Of a stretch of DNA of 64,000 nt, positions 45,001 to 59,880 are shown in pieces. A model generated the notes under the pieces. It searched no databases. It was given only the letters and a program-made list of their open reading frames with translations, and was not told where the DNA came from. The position numbers were made by a program, and so were the translations under genes. Within the stretch, counting starts at the first letter, position 1. Each line of letters begins with the position of its first letter. This stretch comes from the human T2T-CHM13v2.0 reference genome, Homo sapiens. The DNA lies in NCBI RefSeq assembly GCF_009914755.1, contig NC_060932.1. One strand, 5' to 3'.

Positions 45001-46316
45001 CCCACAGCAGCAGGTGCAAAGGGCTTTTTGTAGACTTCACCTTACTTGACCACCTTTGAAACTCTGTGTTTGCCTTTTTTCATGCTCTGTTCTCTGGGTT
45101 TTCTTCTTCAGTTGGGCTACTTCTCTTCCATTTGCTACTTTGTTCATCTCAGCCTGTACTTCTGGAACTACTTAAAGCTTTATGCTATGCCCCTTCTCTT
45201 TGTACCTTTCCACTCTCTACCCATAAAATATTATTAAAATCAGTGGTTCTGAATAATATTTATATAATCATAGATAAACTTTGTCTTTTAATCTCTGGCC
45301 TCTACTCGAAACTTCAGACTCATGTGTTCAACCGTCTGTAGATAGCTCCATGAATCACAGAGAGAAAATGTTCAGTAAACGTGTTGAATTAATAAATGAA
45401 CTACATATGGTGTAATATTTTAGATAATCCTGAAAATGACCATAACTTACCCTGAGGGAAACAATAAGTCTTTGAATGGACTTCAAGAGGCAAAACAGAC
45501 AGAAGTACGTTATTTGCATGCTGAAAGTTCTACTATGTTGAACAAGGTAGAACAGAACCTTCTACGGATTTTGAAGACGGGCAAGGTTTCACATCAATTA
45601 AATCCTCCAAACTTTCTGAAGTAAATATATCAGGTCTTATAAATGGACTACTCTATAGATCTGCTATGCATGGAGAAAGTGTGAAGTCTTCTCTTTCTCT
45701 TCTCATGTTTGTGTATCTTTTCAGTTGTAGACTGTCTTATTCACCCTTCATTTCCCTGTTTCTAGCACTGTACCCTTACGAGCAGTGTGTACTTAATCCA
45801 TGTAGAAGGAAAGGGCAAGGTGAGAAGAAAAGGAGTGTGGGAGGGAGAATAGAAGAAAATAGATGGAGGATGTTCTTTTTGAACTTTTTGCTTCAGAATC
45901 TGATAATGTTTTTGATATCATTCACATAGTCCAGGCTGTGAAAAAATTACAACTCAAGCAATGTAAAGTATCAAAGAGTGTTTATATCACAAATTGGGGT
46001 CTTAGCTCTGAAATATATTACTTTATCTATCACGGACCTGTTTTTACTTATTTCATATTTGACAATTATCGGACTTATTTCTAATTTTAGCACCTTCTTC
46101 AGACTCTTGTAGAGGAGAGACTGTACTGTTCCTTCTTTTACTCTGCAGTACAACTAGAACAGCACCTGGCACTGCTGCTGACATCTCTACCAGATTGGTG
46201 TCTTTTAATAAGAAGTGATGTCCTAAGGATATGTTTTGTCAAGGGACTTATTACCTCTGCCGTTGTTTTTCTTTGTGCGTGATTACTCTTTCTGCACTGT
46301 TTTTTTCCACCTAAAC

Positions 46317-46490
46317 ATAATGGTTTTCAAAATGTGGTCCCTGGACCAATAGCATCACCGTCACCTGGACATTGGTGAGGATGCAAGCCCAATCCCAGAC
46401 CTACTGCATCAGAAACTCTGGGGTGGAGTCCTGTAAGCTGTTTTAACACATCCTCCTGGTGATTCCAACACCTACAATAGTTTTAGAAAT
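46317..46490 (+). mobile_element. MER5A hAT MITE
   Basis: tggttttcaaaatgtggtccctggaccaatagcatcaccgtcacctgg...cccagacctactgcatcagaaactctggggtggag. Confidence 0.75.
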
Positions 46491-46784
46491 ACAAACCTAA
46501 AGAAATTCTAGGCCTCTTTTAGTCCAGCGCTAACAAACACTACTTTCTATCTAACACATTTTCTTACAGTATGGAATTAATCACTCCTTACTCTCTACTT
46601 CCATACAGCAATTTGTCCAACCTCACCAAGGTTGTTTACTTACCACATGGCATTATAGCTAATTGCTTATGCATTTTTTTTCTGTATCCAGCTCCTTAAG
46701 AAAAGCAGCTGTGCTGTATTTATCTCCAGCACACAGTGACCCCTCATCAAGTTGTGTGAACTGGGTGAATGAATGAAATAATAC

Positions 46785-47800
<1,016 letters not shown>

Positions 47801-47826
47801 ATACCTCAATGATAGGGACCCTATTC

Positions 47827-47969
47827 CTTTTTTTTCTTTTTCTTATTTTTTTAGAGACAGGGCCTCACTATGTTGCTCAGGCTCGTCTCAAACTCCTGAG
47901 CTAAGCAATCCTCCCACCTCAGCGTCTCAAATAGCTGGGACTACAGGTACTCACCTCTGCACTTGGCCC
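47827..47969 (-). mobile_element. FLAM/monomeric Alu
   Basis: Single arm; ctattc flanking duplication. Confidence 0.75.
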
Positions 47970-48556
47970 GACTCTATTCTCTTGATGATAATTCACTTTG
48001 AAATGAGGAGACAGTAAGCCTAGCTCTTTCTAAGATTGCTGTTCAAAGTTTGCAATTTAAGCTTAGGCTACTGGCAGAGCTGATGGAAATAATATCATCA
48101 TGTGTGTAGATTTCAAAATGCTGAGCAACCTTGATTCTTAAGCACTAGTAGATAATGGCAGACAATTTATTTTGCAGAGGATAGGATTTCAGACTTCTCT
48201 GTATTTTGCTAACAGTAACTTCACAAAGTCTGGCCAGTTGTGGTTAAACGGGTATTTACACTTTGCTTCTTTTTTTTTCTTTGCCAGTCTTTCAACTCTC
48301 TTTGTTCAAAGACGGATATCATTGTTAGTGATGATTTATGATTGTGAGGAGTTTATAACTCCTGTGTGTTTTTTTAAACGATTTTCCTTTGGGATATAGA
48401 GACTTTCCTCGGGTGAACAGAAGTCAGTTTCAAAAATCTGATTTCAGAAATCATTTCTAGACCACAAAATAACTGCATGTGAATACTAGTATTCACACAA
48501 TGACCACTTTTTATCATCCAAGAATTTAAAAATATGTATACTACATATATAACATT

Positions 48557-48569
48557 ATGTGTGTGTGTA

Positions 48570-48611
<42 letters not shown>
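48557..48611. repeat. (TG)n(TA)n microsatellite ~60 nt downstream of the exon 7 donor
   Basis: Directly visible. Confidence 0.95.
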
Positions 48612-48618
<7 letters not shown>

Positions 48619-48669
48619 CTGGTGTTTCTTCTACATATTCTATAAAGAAAATACACATTATTGTAATAC

Positions 48670-48750
48670 CTGGCCTTCCGGCATATCCTGGGAGTCCTCG
48701 ACTTCCAGGAAAGCCAATTGCTCCCCGATCACCTTTAAGACCCGGAGGAC
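48670..48750 (-). CDS. MSR1: MSR1 collagen-domain exon (exon 7), 81 nt, phase 1/1
   Basis: aatgtag|GTCCTCCGGGT...AGGCCAG|gtatta; encodes [27 protein letters not shown] (seen in ORF 48374..48823). Confidence 0.97.
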
Positions 48751-49288
48751 CTACATTATTAACGAAGAAAAAAAGAAGGTAATAATTCATTTTCATACAG
48801 ACTTGAGAGTATAATGAAAACATCTAGTTTTATAAGTGAATATGAAATTAGAGAATCTTCAAATGAAGGAATAATATCTTTCCTAAAATTTAATGTTTGA
48901 CATTGAAAAACAATAGAAGCGATAAATATAAACCTTAGTACATTCAGCACATTGTAGCTATTCAATAAATAACATATTGTTGGTAGAAATAAAAGCACAT
49001 TAGGAAAAATAGATCTTGGAGTTTTAACCAAAAGACTTATGTAGTCAACCAGTAATCATCAAATGGCAGGATCTTGCTGTAGCTGAAATAATAACTTTAA
49101 AATGCATAAGCTGAAAATTGAATTCTTAAGATTTGCCTTAGAAAAAAATGCAACTCAAGCAATGTAAAGTATCAACGAGTGTTTTATAAAATAAATTGGT
49201 GTCTTGGCTCTGAAATATATTACTTTATCTATCATGGACCTGTTCTTACATATTTCATTGTAATCCCAGGGTAAATAAACATAAACAT

Positions 49289-49289
<1 letters not shown>

Positions 49290-49329
<40 letters not shown>
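49290..49329. repeat. (CA)n microsatellite
   Basis: About 19 AC units. Confidence 0.95.
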
Positions 49330-49331
<2 letters not shown>

Positions 49332-50263
49332 CGATACACAGATTTACTTATGAGTATGTACTATATACTTACACAAATCCAGGGTTTCATATGCTTAAAT
49401 GAAAACTGAAAATGGCTATTTTTTTTACCCAATATTACTATGGTGATCATAACAACTGTATATAAAAGAAAATGTTATATTCCAGTGAAATAAAATATTT
49501 TATCCTAGAGTTCAGTAGTTCTTGATAAACTATTGTAACAGTTTAGGCATCTTATTTTGTCATTATCAATTCAGAGAGAACTCGTTCACCCAGTCTCACT
49601 TGATCCCATGGCAGAGAATGCCATGTTGCCTGCTTTAGACAGGAGCATCTGGGGGCCATAAGAGCATCAGAGAAGCCCCTCCAATGCTGACTTCTCAAGT
49701 ACCTCACAGTGATGCTCAGAACACAGCTGTTCAACTAAAAATCAAGGATGTTCAACTACAAATCAAGTACATTTTCAATGAATGAACAAATAACTCTGTA
49801 AATGAAGCATATGAGATACTTTCATAGAAATCAGGCAGTCATAGACCTCTGTTCTTGGAGATGGTTAAGCAGACTCTATATGGCCTATGGAGTTATGTGA
49901 CTTGTTTGTTTAATGATGGTTCAAAATGTAGTCCCCAAAATGTAAGCACAGCTGTTGAACTTTATTCCATAAGATCAGATACCCTGAGGCTTTCAGGAGG
50001 CAATTAACTAATTTTCTACAATAATCTGTGGCAATGGGAAAGGGTCTGGCACCTGCTTCTAACTCATGGACAATATAAGTACAGTTACATGGAATCTCAG
50101 CCATGGGATGTTCAAAGAGACGTTAGACATCATCAAGTCAGAATCCATCATTTTAGAGACAGTTCCATGAGACCAGAGTGATCAAATCACTTACATAAAG
50201 CTGGTCTGATAATTATTCACATGTCCTAGGTGTCCTGCTCCATTCAGGCTCCTTCCTGCAAAG

Positions 50264-50510
50264 TAGCAGACTGGTTAAGGGCATGGACTCTGCACTCATG
50301 CCCATTGGGGTTCAAATACCAGCTTTGCCACTTACCAGTTGCTGATTGACCTCAAGCAAGTCATTTAACTTTACTGTGCATTGCACCTGTAAAATGGGTG
50401 TATTATTTGTTTCTGCATCATCAGGCTGATGTGATAGTTAAAAGAGCTCATACACGTAAAACACTTAGAAAAGTGCCTGGCATGTAATGACTACTTTGTA
50501 AATGTTAGCT
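50264..50510 (+). mobile_element. MIR SINE, near full length
   Basis: ggttaagggcatggactctg...ggttcaaataccagctttgccacttacc...acctgtaaaatggg...cttagaaaagtgcctggcatgta. Confidence 0.8.
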
Positions 50511-53346
50511 TTTCTTGTTCTCCTCCCCCTCTTCCTCATCCTCCTCCTCAGTAATACAATCATTATTTTTACCAGCCTGTTGTAAAGGCTTCTAAATTTA
50601 GTTTTATTAAATGATACGTACACAGTTAGCAGTGACATTTTTTGATTCACTGGCACAATTTGTTACTTCCAGAAAAAACCCACTTTCAATACTCAGGTGT
50701 AGAGCGACAGCCTGCAGCCAGGCAACATTCCTTACTCAGGTGTATATTTAAGGATCCTGTCCTTGCTGAAGCTTTAGGGAGGGGCCTTCTTGGGGCCATA
50801 GCCTATGGGAAGGGGCGGGCCAGGGTAAAGATATACGTGGATATAAACATTAATAAAATATGGTTCCTCTCTTCCAATATCTATGGGTAAGATGAGCTTT
50901 ATTTTCTCTTCTGGAAGCACGATTCCTATGGTGGAAAATTCAGACTACGTAAGGAAGTAAATAGTACTGGTTGATGATGAAAAGTTTGCAGCCAGAGAAG
51001 CCTTCAGTTCTCTCGAGGGCATCTCATGTAGGTAGCCCCACCCATGCCTACAGGTCAAACTACCTTGTTATTGATCACATTGGGCATAAACAGCTTCTTA
51101 GATGGCCCACACAAAGTTTCCTTTAGAAAAGAAAGTTGCTTCTCCTTCAAAACATTGTTGTCATGGGTAAAATCAGCCCCTTAAAAGAAACTCACATGAG
51201 ATAAAAAATCCTTGATCATGACATTTGCCTCCCTTATATTACTACTTATCATCCTGGAAGCGCTGTGAATTCAGAGATTCTGTATCTGTTTACACATACT
51301 CTATAGGGTATTGTAGAACACCAGGCCTGGAGAAAGTGCTCAGCACATAGTTTTTGAGTGAAAAGTGATAGGTCATTCTCCCTAGCATGCTTTCAAGGAA
51401 ATAGCCCTCTAAAATAAATTTGTTATTATTTGGGGAATAAAGCATATTTAAACATAATATCCACCCTAGTATATGAATAATAATTCTACTATATTTAATG
51501 TATTAGTTATTTGAGGCTACTAGGACAACCACTTAGGTTTTGCAGATATTCGCATCATGATTGTGAGTCTAGGTGAGTTTGACTTGGTCAAGCTGAGTTT
51601 AGTAGGCTCAAATGGATGTAGAGATGGGGAAGCAATAAACCTGCTCAGATTAGAAAGCAGAATTAGTATGATTGTCCATCATATACTCTTTGCTTCCTGA
51701 TTTCGGCATCAAATATAAGGCAATTAGACAATCTGGTGGAGAAACGAACAGAATGCAGCAAGACATCCAGAAATAATTCATTAGGAAAGATGCCTGGTAT
51801 TTTGAATACTTTTCTTGTAGTGCACCAAACAAAATGGTAACCTGATAACCTAGAAGAGTCATTGATTACCCCAGGAACTCGACCTGTCTTTTATGAGGAA
51901 CTGGGTAATGCCTATTTGTGTAAATGAGCAGTACCAAAAGCAACAAATTATGACATCACTTTTTACCCTGTAAATTTAAACCATGACAAATCGTTAATTT
52001 ACAATAAAAAAAAAACAAAATCAAAGATTCTTTGCAATGGTGTCTATTTATAACATTAACACAAGCTGAAATTTATAAATCCTTCTATTTCATACATTCA
52101 CAGTTCAGAAACAGCTGCAGAAGATTCTCCCAAGATGAAGCACTGTATGGCAAGATGTAGCCCAGACTGAATTTTTATGGTTGAGTTATAAAGCTCTGAC
52201 AATTGCAGCCTGTATGGAGGGGGTGATAGACCCTTGACAATGGTAGTTCTGGCAGCAGATTTAATACTGGTTATTTCCTCTGCTTATGACATTAATGCAG
52301 CATTGTTAATATCTGATTAGCATTAGTCAAGTAGAAAGACTTTCCTGAATAAAAATTCTTTCCTGGCAAGGCATTCAAAAGCACATCAATACTAATACCA
52401 CCTGACTTGGCATATTATATATATGGGTAGGATTGCTATTTTATATATATAAAACATGTGTACCTGGATGTATATCATCTATCTTCACATATAATATGCC
52501 ATATATATTTATATACATATATATACATATATGTGCTTAGGCAGGTATCAAGTTCATGCTTCTCATTTTCAAAAATTTTTCTGATGTGACCAGGGCTAGT
52601 CAATACACTGATCAGAAAGAAGAACCTTTTATATAATCAAAAGACAGAAAAATAAGATGAAGTACATGGTATTTAGACATGTTTTGGTAACACAAACCAT
52701 TCTACTTATAATTAGACCTTGCAGTATACTTCCTACCATCAAACGGCATGCAGGATATTTGATTTCAAGCCAAGGCTAACATGACAATCATGTTATTATC
52801 TTTTTTATTTTTTCAAGCAAAGAAAGTTCATGTTCTCTCTTCTGTGTCTTCTTTCAAAATATTTCTTTCAAGATTACAACTTAGAGGAAAATAATTTGAA
52901 ACAGTTTTGCTCTTAGTAAAGCACAGAGAGTGACTGTCAGCAAGGTAAGTGTCATCCATATTTTAGCCAATATTTACATTCAGATTTCATTAGTTTAAAC
53001 AGATATATTCCAAATACTATATAAGAAATATAGTCCAATTTGCTTGTGATTCATAACTCACTACTAGTGTGAGTTTTTATGTCTTAAAAATGAGATAGCT
53101 TGCAAATGTGAAGATGATTTATTCAACGCAAAGATAATTGTTGTACTCCCCTTCACATATGATCTACGGTTAGGTCTGCCTTATACTGTTTGCTGTCTAT
53201 TATATACATGTCACTATCTAGACTTACAAACAATTCCATTTGGTTACTCTGGTTAAAGCATTTATTTTCTTCAACAGTCATGAGTAATGCTTATCATTCA
53301 GTGTATTATGTGATTAGGCTACTAGAACATTTACTAATCCCCCAAA

Positions 53347-53401
53347 ACACACACACATATACACACATGTGCGTGCATACACACACACACACACATACAC
53401 A
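53347..53401. repeat. Imperfect (CA)n microsatellite ~105-160 nt downstream of the exon 6 donor
   Basis: Directly visible. Confidence 0.9.
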
Positions 53402-53506
53402 TCCTCTGCAGGATATAAATAAAATAGCAATCCTCCCCTACACATGTACCTGGATGTATATCATCTATCTTCACAGTATATGATTAAATAGCTAAAATTA
53501 CCATAC

Positions 53507-53587
53507 CTATTGGACCTGGAAATCCTCGTGGACCACTTTCTCCAGTGGGACCTCGATCTCCTTTTTCACCCGGGGGTCCAGGAGGAC
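53507..53587 (-). CDS. MSR1: MSR1 collagen-domain exon (exon 6), 81 nt, phase 1/1
   Basis: ttttttaaag|GTCCTCCTGGA...CCAATAG|gtatgg; encodes [27 protein letters not shown] (Gly-X-Y). Confidence 0.97.
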   Translation of the reverse strand, partial: VLLDPRVKKEIEVPLEKVVHEDFQVQ

Positions 53588-56500
53588 CTTTAAAAAAATT
53601 ACAGTTACTGATCATAGTTGTAAAGCATAGGAAAAATGGGTTAGTCATCTGTCAAGGTACTTATATAAGGAAATCCAAAGTCTTCTATTTGTTGTGCAAT
53701 AATATAGAATGTATAATACTGAACTTCATGAATGGAGGAGTATTCTGCTATTCAGGAATATAATGCCCTATACTAATGAGGATGACATTGCCTCAAAGTA
53801 AACAACCTAACAGTATATTAAATGTGAGTGTGCCTAACACTTTTCTATGTTCTGAGAACCTGGGGGCAGAGAAAAGACAGCAGGCTGGCACAAAGTCACA
53901 TTAGTGTTGTACGCATCCTAGGCAGTTAGACATAGAGTTAGATATAATACAGAATTAGCTACTATACGGAAAATCTATAAGTAAGAACTTAAAAGACATT
54001 TGTGATACCCTCAAGGGAAAGGAAAATTCACACATGGTAGACAACCAGAAAGCACTTTGTTGGAACTGACCATAAACTCAGATATTTGTCAGTGAACTGT
54101 AGATCGGCGTGAATGGTGATGGTTGAAGTCTTCATTGAGAAAGTAGGATATGAGGGGTACTTTCAAGAATGAAGGGAAGGGGAAGGAAGACAATTCCTAG
54201 GGATTGAGAAAGGCATGAGGAAAGGCAGGAAGGTGAAAATGAGTAGAGGAATTCTTTTTTCAAGTAAAATATTAAGTAGAATTTCTAGGTTGCTATAAAT
54301 ACTGTAAACAAAATGGAGACATTGCAAGGAAAACTTTGGTCTCATCATTTTTTTTCAGGTGGCTCTCCTGAGAGCTGTAACTAAACAACCCTGATTTAGC
54401 CATTTGTATTTTCTGTGTCCAGCAAAACAGATACCTGCTCATCATGCCTTTAAAATGATTATACCTAGCATGTCTTTAGAACTCAAAGGTAATCCTACCT
54501 AAACACCATGTTCCATATGGAGTACAGAGGACAAATAATCTCTTCTTTATCTAAAGAAGAGCACTTAGTTTCCTTTTCAACACCAGAAGAAAGAAACAGA
54601 AAGAAACATTATTCCATAGATTCACCACAGAATAAGGAAATAGTGATATTTTAAAGGAAGCATTTTCAATTGCTAGTTTGGACACATACATAGTCCAAGG
54701 AAAACAAATATATACAGCATCCCTGGTTAGAATGCACTTGTTTACAAATTTTAATCAGGTGGGAGACATAATACCCGAAGAAATCTAAGAGGGGGAACCA
54801 CATAAATAAATAAAGATTATCTCATGAATAAGTATATTTTGTACATTTTGTTGTTGCTTATTTTGACATCCTTGACTCTACTTCTGTCTATTCCTCTGGT
54901 ATGTCCCATTTTCAAGGTACAATTTGGGTTTTAGAGGCCCAAGATATCATTATTACTCTTCTCAATAGAATGTCCCTTTCTCCTCATATGCAACATTGGA
55001 CACACATTTAATTGTATTTTTATTATAAAAGCAACTCTACTTATAGGAAACATAAAAGCCTAGAAAAAGCGTGAGGAAGAATATAATTCGTAGTTGTGTT
55101 ATTTTAACTAAAGATCTTTACCATTTCTTTCCTAAGTGTGTACGTGTATTTTTTTTTTCCACATAATCGTCATGCAAACAACATGTTACAGGGCTTTTAG
55201 AAATTAACTGGTGTATTATATTCTAAGGTATAGCTTAATTGCTGCGAGACATATATTTAAATGCTGCACAAGAAATGTAAGATTTCTGTATCAAAGGGAA
55301 TCTCTATGTGCCCCCTATTCCCTGCAGAAGAATGTAGTACTTCCCAAGAAAATGGAGTTATGGTAACTTCCATAACCATGAACGCAGCTGCATCCATTCA
55401 ACACTACATAGCAATGAATCCCAGGGGAGGGGGGCAAGCAGGACAGACACTCAATTTATGCCTGAATTTTGTTGAGCTAATTGAAGGGAAGCACAGGGAT
55501 AGTAATCAAGGATGGTATTTTGAAAAAAGTGCGCAAGCAAAGATTTCAGTTTAGTAACTCAGGATCCAAAGCAAGACGCAGACATTCCAGGAAAAACTAG
55601 AACATGAAACAAGAAGAAACAAGGGACACAGAGAATAGATCTAGACTCTTAGCCTCTGAGATGGACTTCTCACCATTTCTTTGGTAAGTAAGAGATGGAA
55701 GGAACTCTCCTAATTACTAACTATCCTTTCAATTATATTACATGTAATTATGGGAACTGTATACTTAATTTTGGAGTATTAGTTCAATCACAGCGAATAG
55801 ATCAGTATTATTTTACAAAATTTGGAGTTAAAGATCCCTCTCTGTATTTTTATATAAAAATACTGATACCTGGTATTCGAATCCTACAATAAGAAAAACA
55901 GGTAAAGATTTTTGTTAGAGTTCTAACTAGGCATGTTGAATGTACCTTTTTATTGTCATTCTATTCTTCATGTAACATTAATCTCACATTATGTTTCATT
56001 TTTGTACATTGTTATAGATCTTTTACTGTTTCTAACAAAATGTTGGAAGGATCTCAATAAATGTTTTAAGTGTCTTTTAGATTCATTGGGGGAATAAAAT
56101 AACAAATTATATACCACTTTACTCTTAGTTTCTGATGCAGAACTTTTAAGAACACTATCCACTACCTTGCCACCTTCCAAAACTAGCCTCCTCTCCATTC
56201 CCATTGTAGCTCACGTCTTCACCATCACACAGCTGGACTATTGCTAGAGATTTTTAATCTAGTCTGAATGTGTTTTATCTGTTTCACCTCCTAGTTCCCT
56301 CAGTGTTGGCTTTCTTCTTCTTTTTGATAAGAATCCGTTTTGCAATGTCTCTATCAAATTAAGGAAATGCAGTAACCTATTCTGTCATATTATGGAAAAA
56401 AGAATAAAGACTTAGAGTCTCTTGTAGTCACCTTTTGTTCGTAGTTTCCATTTAGTCTTTTCAAAATTTTGTTCCATACTGACATAATAACTGCCTCGTT

Positions 56501-57373
56501 GCATCAATAAATGGACAAAATGCTACCTGTCAGCTCCCTTGCTGATACATGTCAAAAAAAATGGGTTAATATTGGCCAAAATATATGATTTATTCTAGTT
56601 CAAGAAGCCATAGAATTTACATTATTTTTCATCTTTAATATTTCCAATTACAGTTACAGGAATAATTCATAAATACTATCACAATAATCTGCCATGAAGA
56701 ATTACCTTTATACAACACATGCACAAAATCTACTATGTAGCTTCCTCCATGATTACTTCTTAAAAAGGAAAAGTAATATTTCTATATAACCACAAAAAAG
56801 TACTGATATATAATATTTGATAATCATCTATATCATAGAACAAAATTACACAATTTACTAGAAAAACAAACCCAGGTGTATCATATCATTTAAAATCCTC
56901 AGACGATAACATAGCACTAATAATATCTGACTAAGTTTCCAGAGCGATGCTTCTCTAGTTTTTATTCATTATGAGCATTAATCTTCTACTCCGTTTTCAA
57001 TCTTGTCTCATATTCAGATCATCATAAAAATCTGCCACATCTTCTAGTCTATTGCTGCCTAAACCTGCTTCTTTTTTTTTTCTCTAGTTTTCATGCTCAT
57101 TGATTTAGATATGTTTAATCTGGAAGACACTTTAAACATTGTTTAACTAAACATATTTATAGAGGGTCAGAGAGTGAGTTGCTCAAGGTCTTAAAGCTAG
57201 TTGGGTTAAATCAGAACTAGAAGAATTTCATTTCTTTCCTGATCCTATGCTACCATGTTCTAAATTTAATTGACTTCATTTTCCACATCTGTTCTTCCAT
57301 TATTCCTCAGCTGAATTTTTCCTTTACATAGTGGTTAGACAAACTCACAATTCAGTTTTTTTCCTTTGGTTAA

Positions 57374-57544
57374 TTTTTTTTTTTTTTTTTTTTTCAGAGA
57401 TAGGGTCTTGCTACTTTGCCTAGGCTGGTCTTGAACTTCTGGGCTCAAAAGGCCCTCATGTCTCACTCTCCTGAAGTGCTGGAATTATATTGTCTCAGCC
57501 TCCCAAAGCGCTGGGATTACAGGCATGAGCCACCACTTCTAGCC
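57374..57544 (-). mobile_element. FLAM/monomeric Alu with internal duplication
   Basis: T-tail, agagatagggtcttgctactttgcctaggctgg; the aagtgctgg/aagcgctgg segment appears twice. Confidence 0.7.
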
Positions 57545-58839
57545 TACAGTCCAGCTGTTACAATCTCAGTAATTAATTATACAAAACTCCAAATTCAAAT
57601 GCCCTCAGTTGCTTTTTCATTTTCTCTACTATAAAAATCAATATTTCTTTTTTGGTGCTTTCATATCCTAGGAAGCCAATATATCTAAAATGTTTCCAAA
57701 TAAACAAAATGTTAGCTATTCTCACCACAGAGTCATATTATATTTTATTTCTCTTAAATACCTTTCTCTAGAGTTCATCTTTGCTTCTTTAAATCACGTT
57801 ATCCCCAACTCTCCACCAAACTCTACTTCACCATTTCCACAATGAAATTTTATGTAGTTCTTTAAGGCTCTAATTATTATAACTATTTGAGAAATGTATT
57901 AAAAAATCTTTGTCTCTTTTAACTGTATAATTATTTAGTGATTATTAATATAAGGGAAAAGAGAACACAAAGTAATTACACTAACTCTGCAATCAACACA
58001 TGATAAAGGATAAAGCACTCATTAATTTCTAAAATATGGTTCTTAAGTTATAATTTAATTAATAGATATTTTATGGCTAGGTGCTATAAGAGATATAAAG
58101 AACAGTTTCTAATGGAAGTAGCTTGTGTCCAGGAAGAGTGAACACTGTTCTCGAAGAGAATATGAGATACTTTTATACATAACTATCACATTAAGTATTC
58201 TCTTGTGAGAGAATACTTAATGTTCCATATTAAGACAGAAATAAGTATCAGCTGGGCCTTACTATTGGTAGAACCAGCAAAGGCTTCATGCAAGAGGTGG
58301 CATCTTAGATGGACTTTGAATGATAAACAAGATATCTTCGAATACAAATCAAAGAGAAAATATTTCAAATAAAGGAAAAGACATGAGGCAGGATGCACAA
58401 AGTACTGGGTACATTAGAATCACAGTCAAATTAGTTGAAATATTTGATATACAAAAAAGACAAGCGAGGGAATGAAGCATTCAAGACTAGTTAAGAGACA
58501 CACTGAAAAAGACCTTGAGTGCTACAGGCAAAACTGTATGTCTAATGACGGGGCAACAGAGAGTCTTTATGCAATCTAAGACTTCCTTTAGGAAGGCTGT
58601 ATTCTACAAGGGTGCAAAAAGGATTACAGTCTGGGCAGGAAACAATTGCAACTCTGGCAAAGAGTCATAAGAATAATTTACACGAGGATATAAAGAAATG
58701 ACAAAGGAACAGAGAATACAGAATGTTGAGAACTAATGGTGGTCTTGGGAGATATAAAATAATTAAAATTGATAGCTTGGAAACCAGGAAGAATGACACT
58801 GCTATTATAGAGTGTAACTTGCTAAGACAAAAGTCTTAG

Positions 58840-59880
58840 TTTCACTTATTCACTCAACACATATGTAATTGCTCACCCACTATTTTCCAGGCACTCTAAC
58901 AGGCATTGGGATTGCAGAGGTAGACAAGGAGGAGAAGACTTAACCTCACAGAGCTCACATTCTGCTGGAGAAGATACAAGCTAAACAAGTAAGCAAATGT
59001 AGAGATGACATGATTTCATATAGTGGTAAAAACTATGAGGAAATTAAAGCAAATCATGGTAGAGAGAGATGGGGGAGTTTAGAATAAGAATGGTGGAAAG
59101 TGGAGGAGGTAACTTCAAGTGGAGCCAAGAAGGAGTAGAGACGTAGAGAAGAACCTTTCAAGAGAAAGAGAAAATGTCTAGTGTTCATTATGGACAGCAT
59201 GAAATGAAACAAGCACTTTTTCTATATTAACTTTTACTTGTTCGTGGCACTTCATTCTTCCACATTTCCAAGCTAGGCAGAAGGATGACAGAGGGAAGAT
59301 TGAGAAAATTAGGGCAGAGAAGTAGACAGGTGACAGACCAAGTAGAAGTTTAGATTTTATCCCAAGACTAATGAGAAGACATTGGAGGATTTAAGCAAGA
59401 GAGAGAAAAGACACATCTAGTGTAAAGAGAGAAACCACACACATCCAGTAATTTGTGTGGGTTTTCTTAAATAGCATTTTTTTTTTTTTTTTTTTGCTAT
59501 TTAGAATGGACTAAGAGCAGAGCCAGGGACACCAACTGAGAAGCGGATGTAATACACCAGACTGGGATATGGTTGCTTGAATTAGAGTAGTAGTAGAGAG
59601 TAAGAAGAAGTTTGGTTTGAGATATTGTATGAAATAAGAATTAGTAGGACTTACAAATGGATTACATAGAGAATGAGAGCAAGGAAGTCAAAGACAGCTT
59701 CCAAGATCAGGCAGTGAGCAGGTAGTTGGAAAATGACAAAACCAACAAAAAGACTGAAAACGCAACAGATTTGGGGAGGCAGATGCGGGTGGCTAGTTAA
59801 GAAGCAAGGATTTGGTTTTGAATTTGTAAAGCTTCGGACATTTATTTGAAATCCAAAGTGGAGGTATCTAACTGTTAGAG
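58840..59880 (-). mobile_element. L2 LINE fragments
   Basis: ttattcactcaacacatatgtaattg...ccaggcactctaacaggcattggg...ctcacagagctcacattct, L2 3' motifs followed by a purine-rich body. Confidence 0.6.

Noticed and set aside
59468-59503. 9-bp inverted repeat (taaatagca/tgctattta) around a T-run
   Set aside because: Short AT-rich stem inside L2-derived DNA; plausible by chance, and not an intrinsic terminator in a eukaryotic context.
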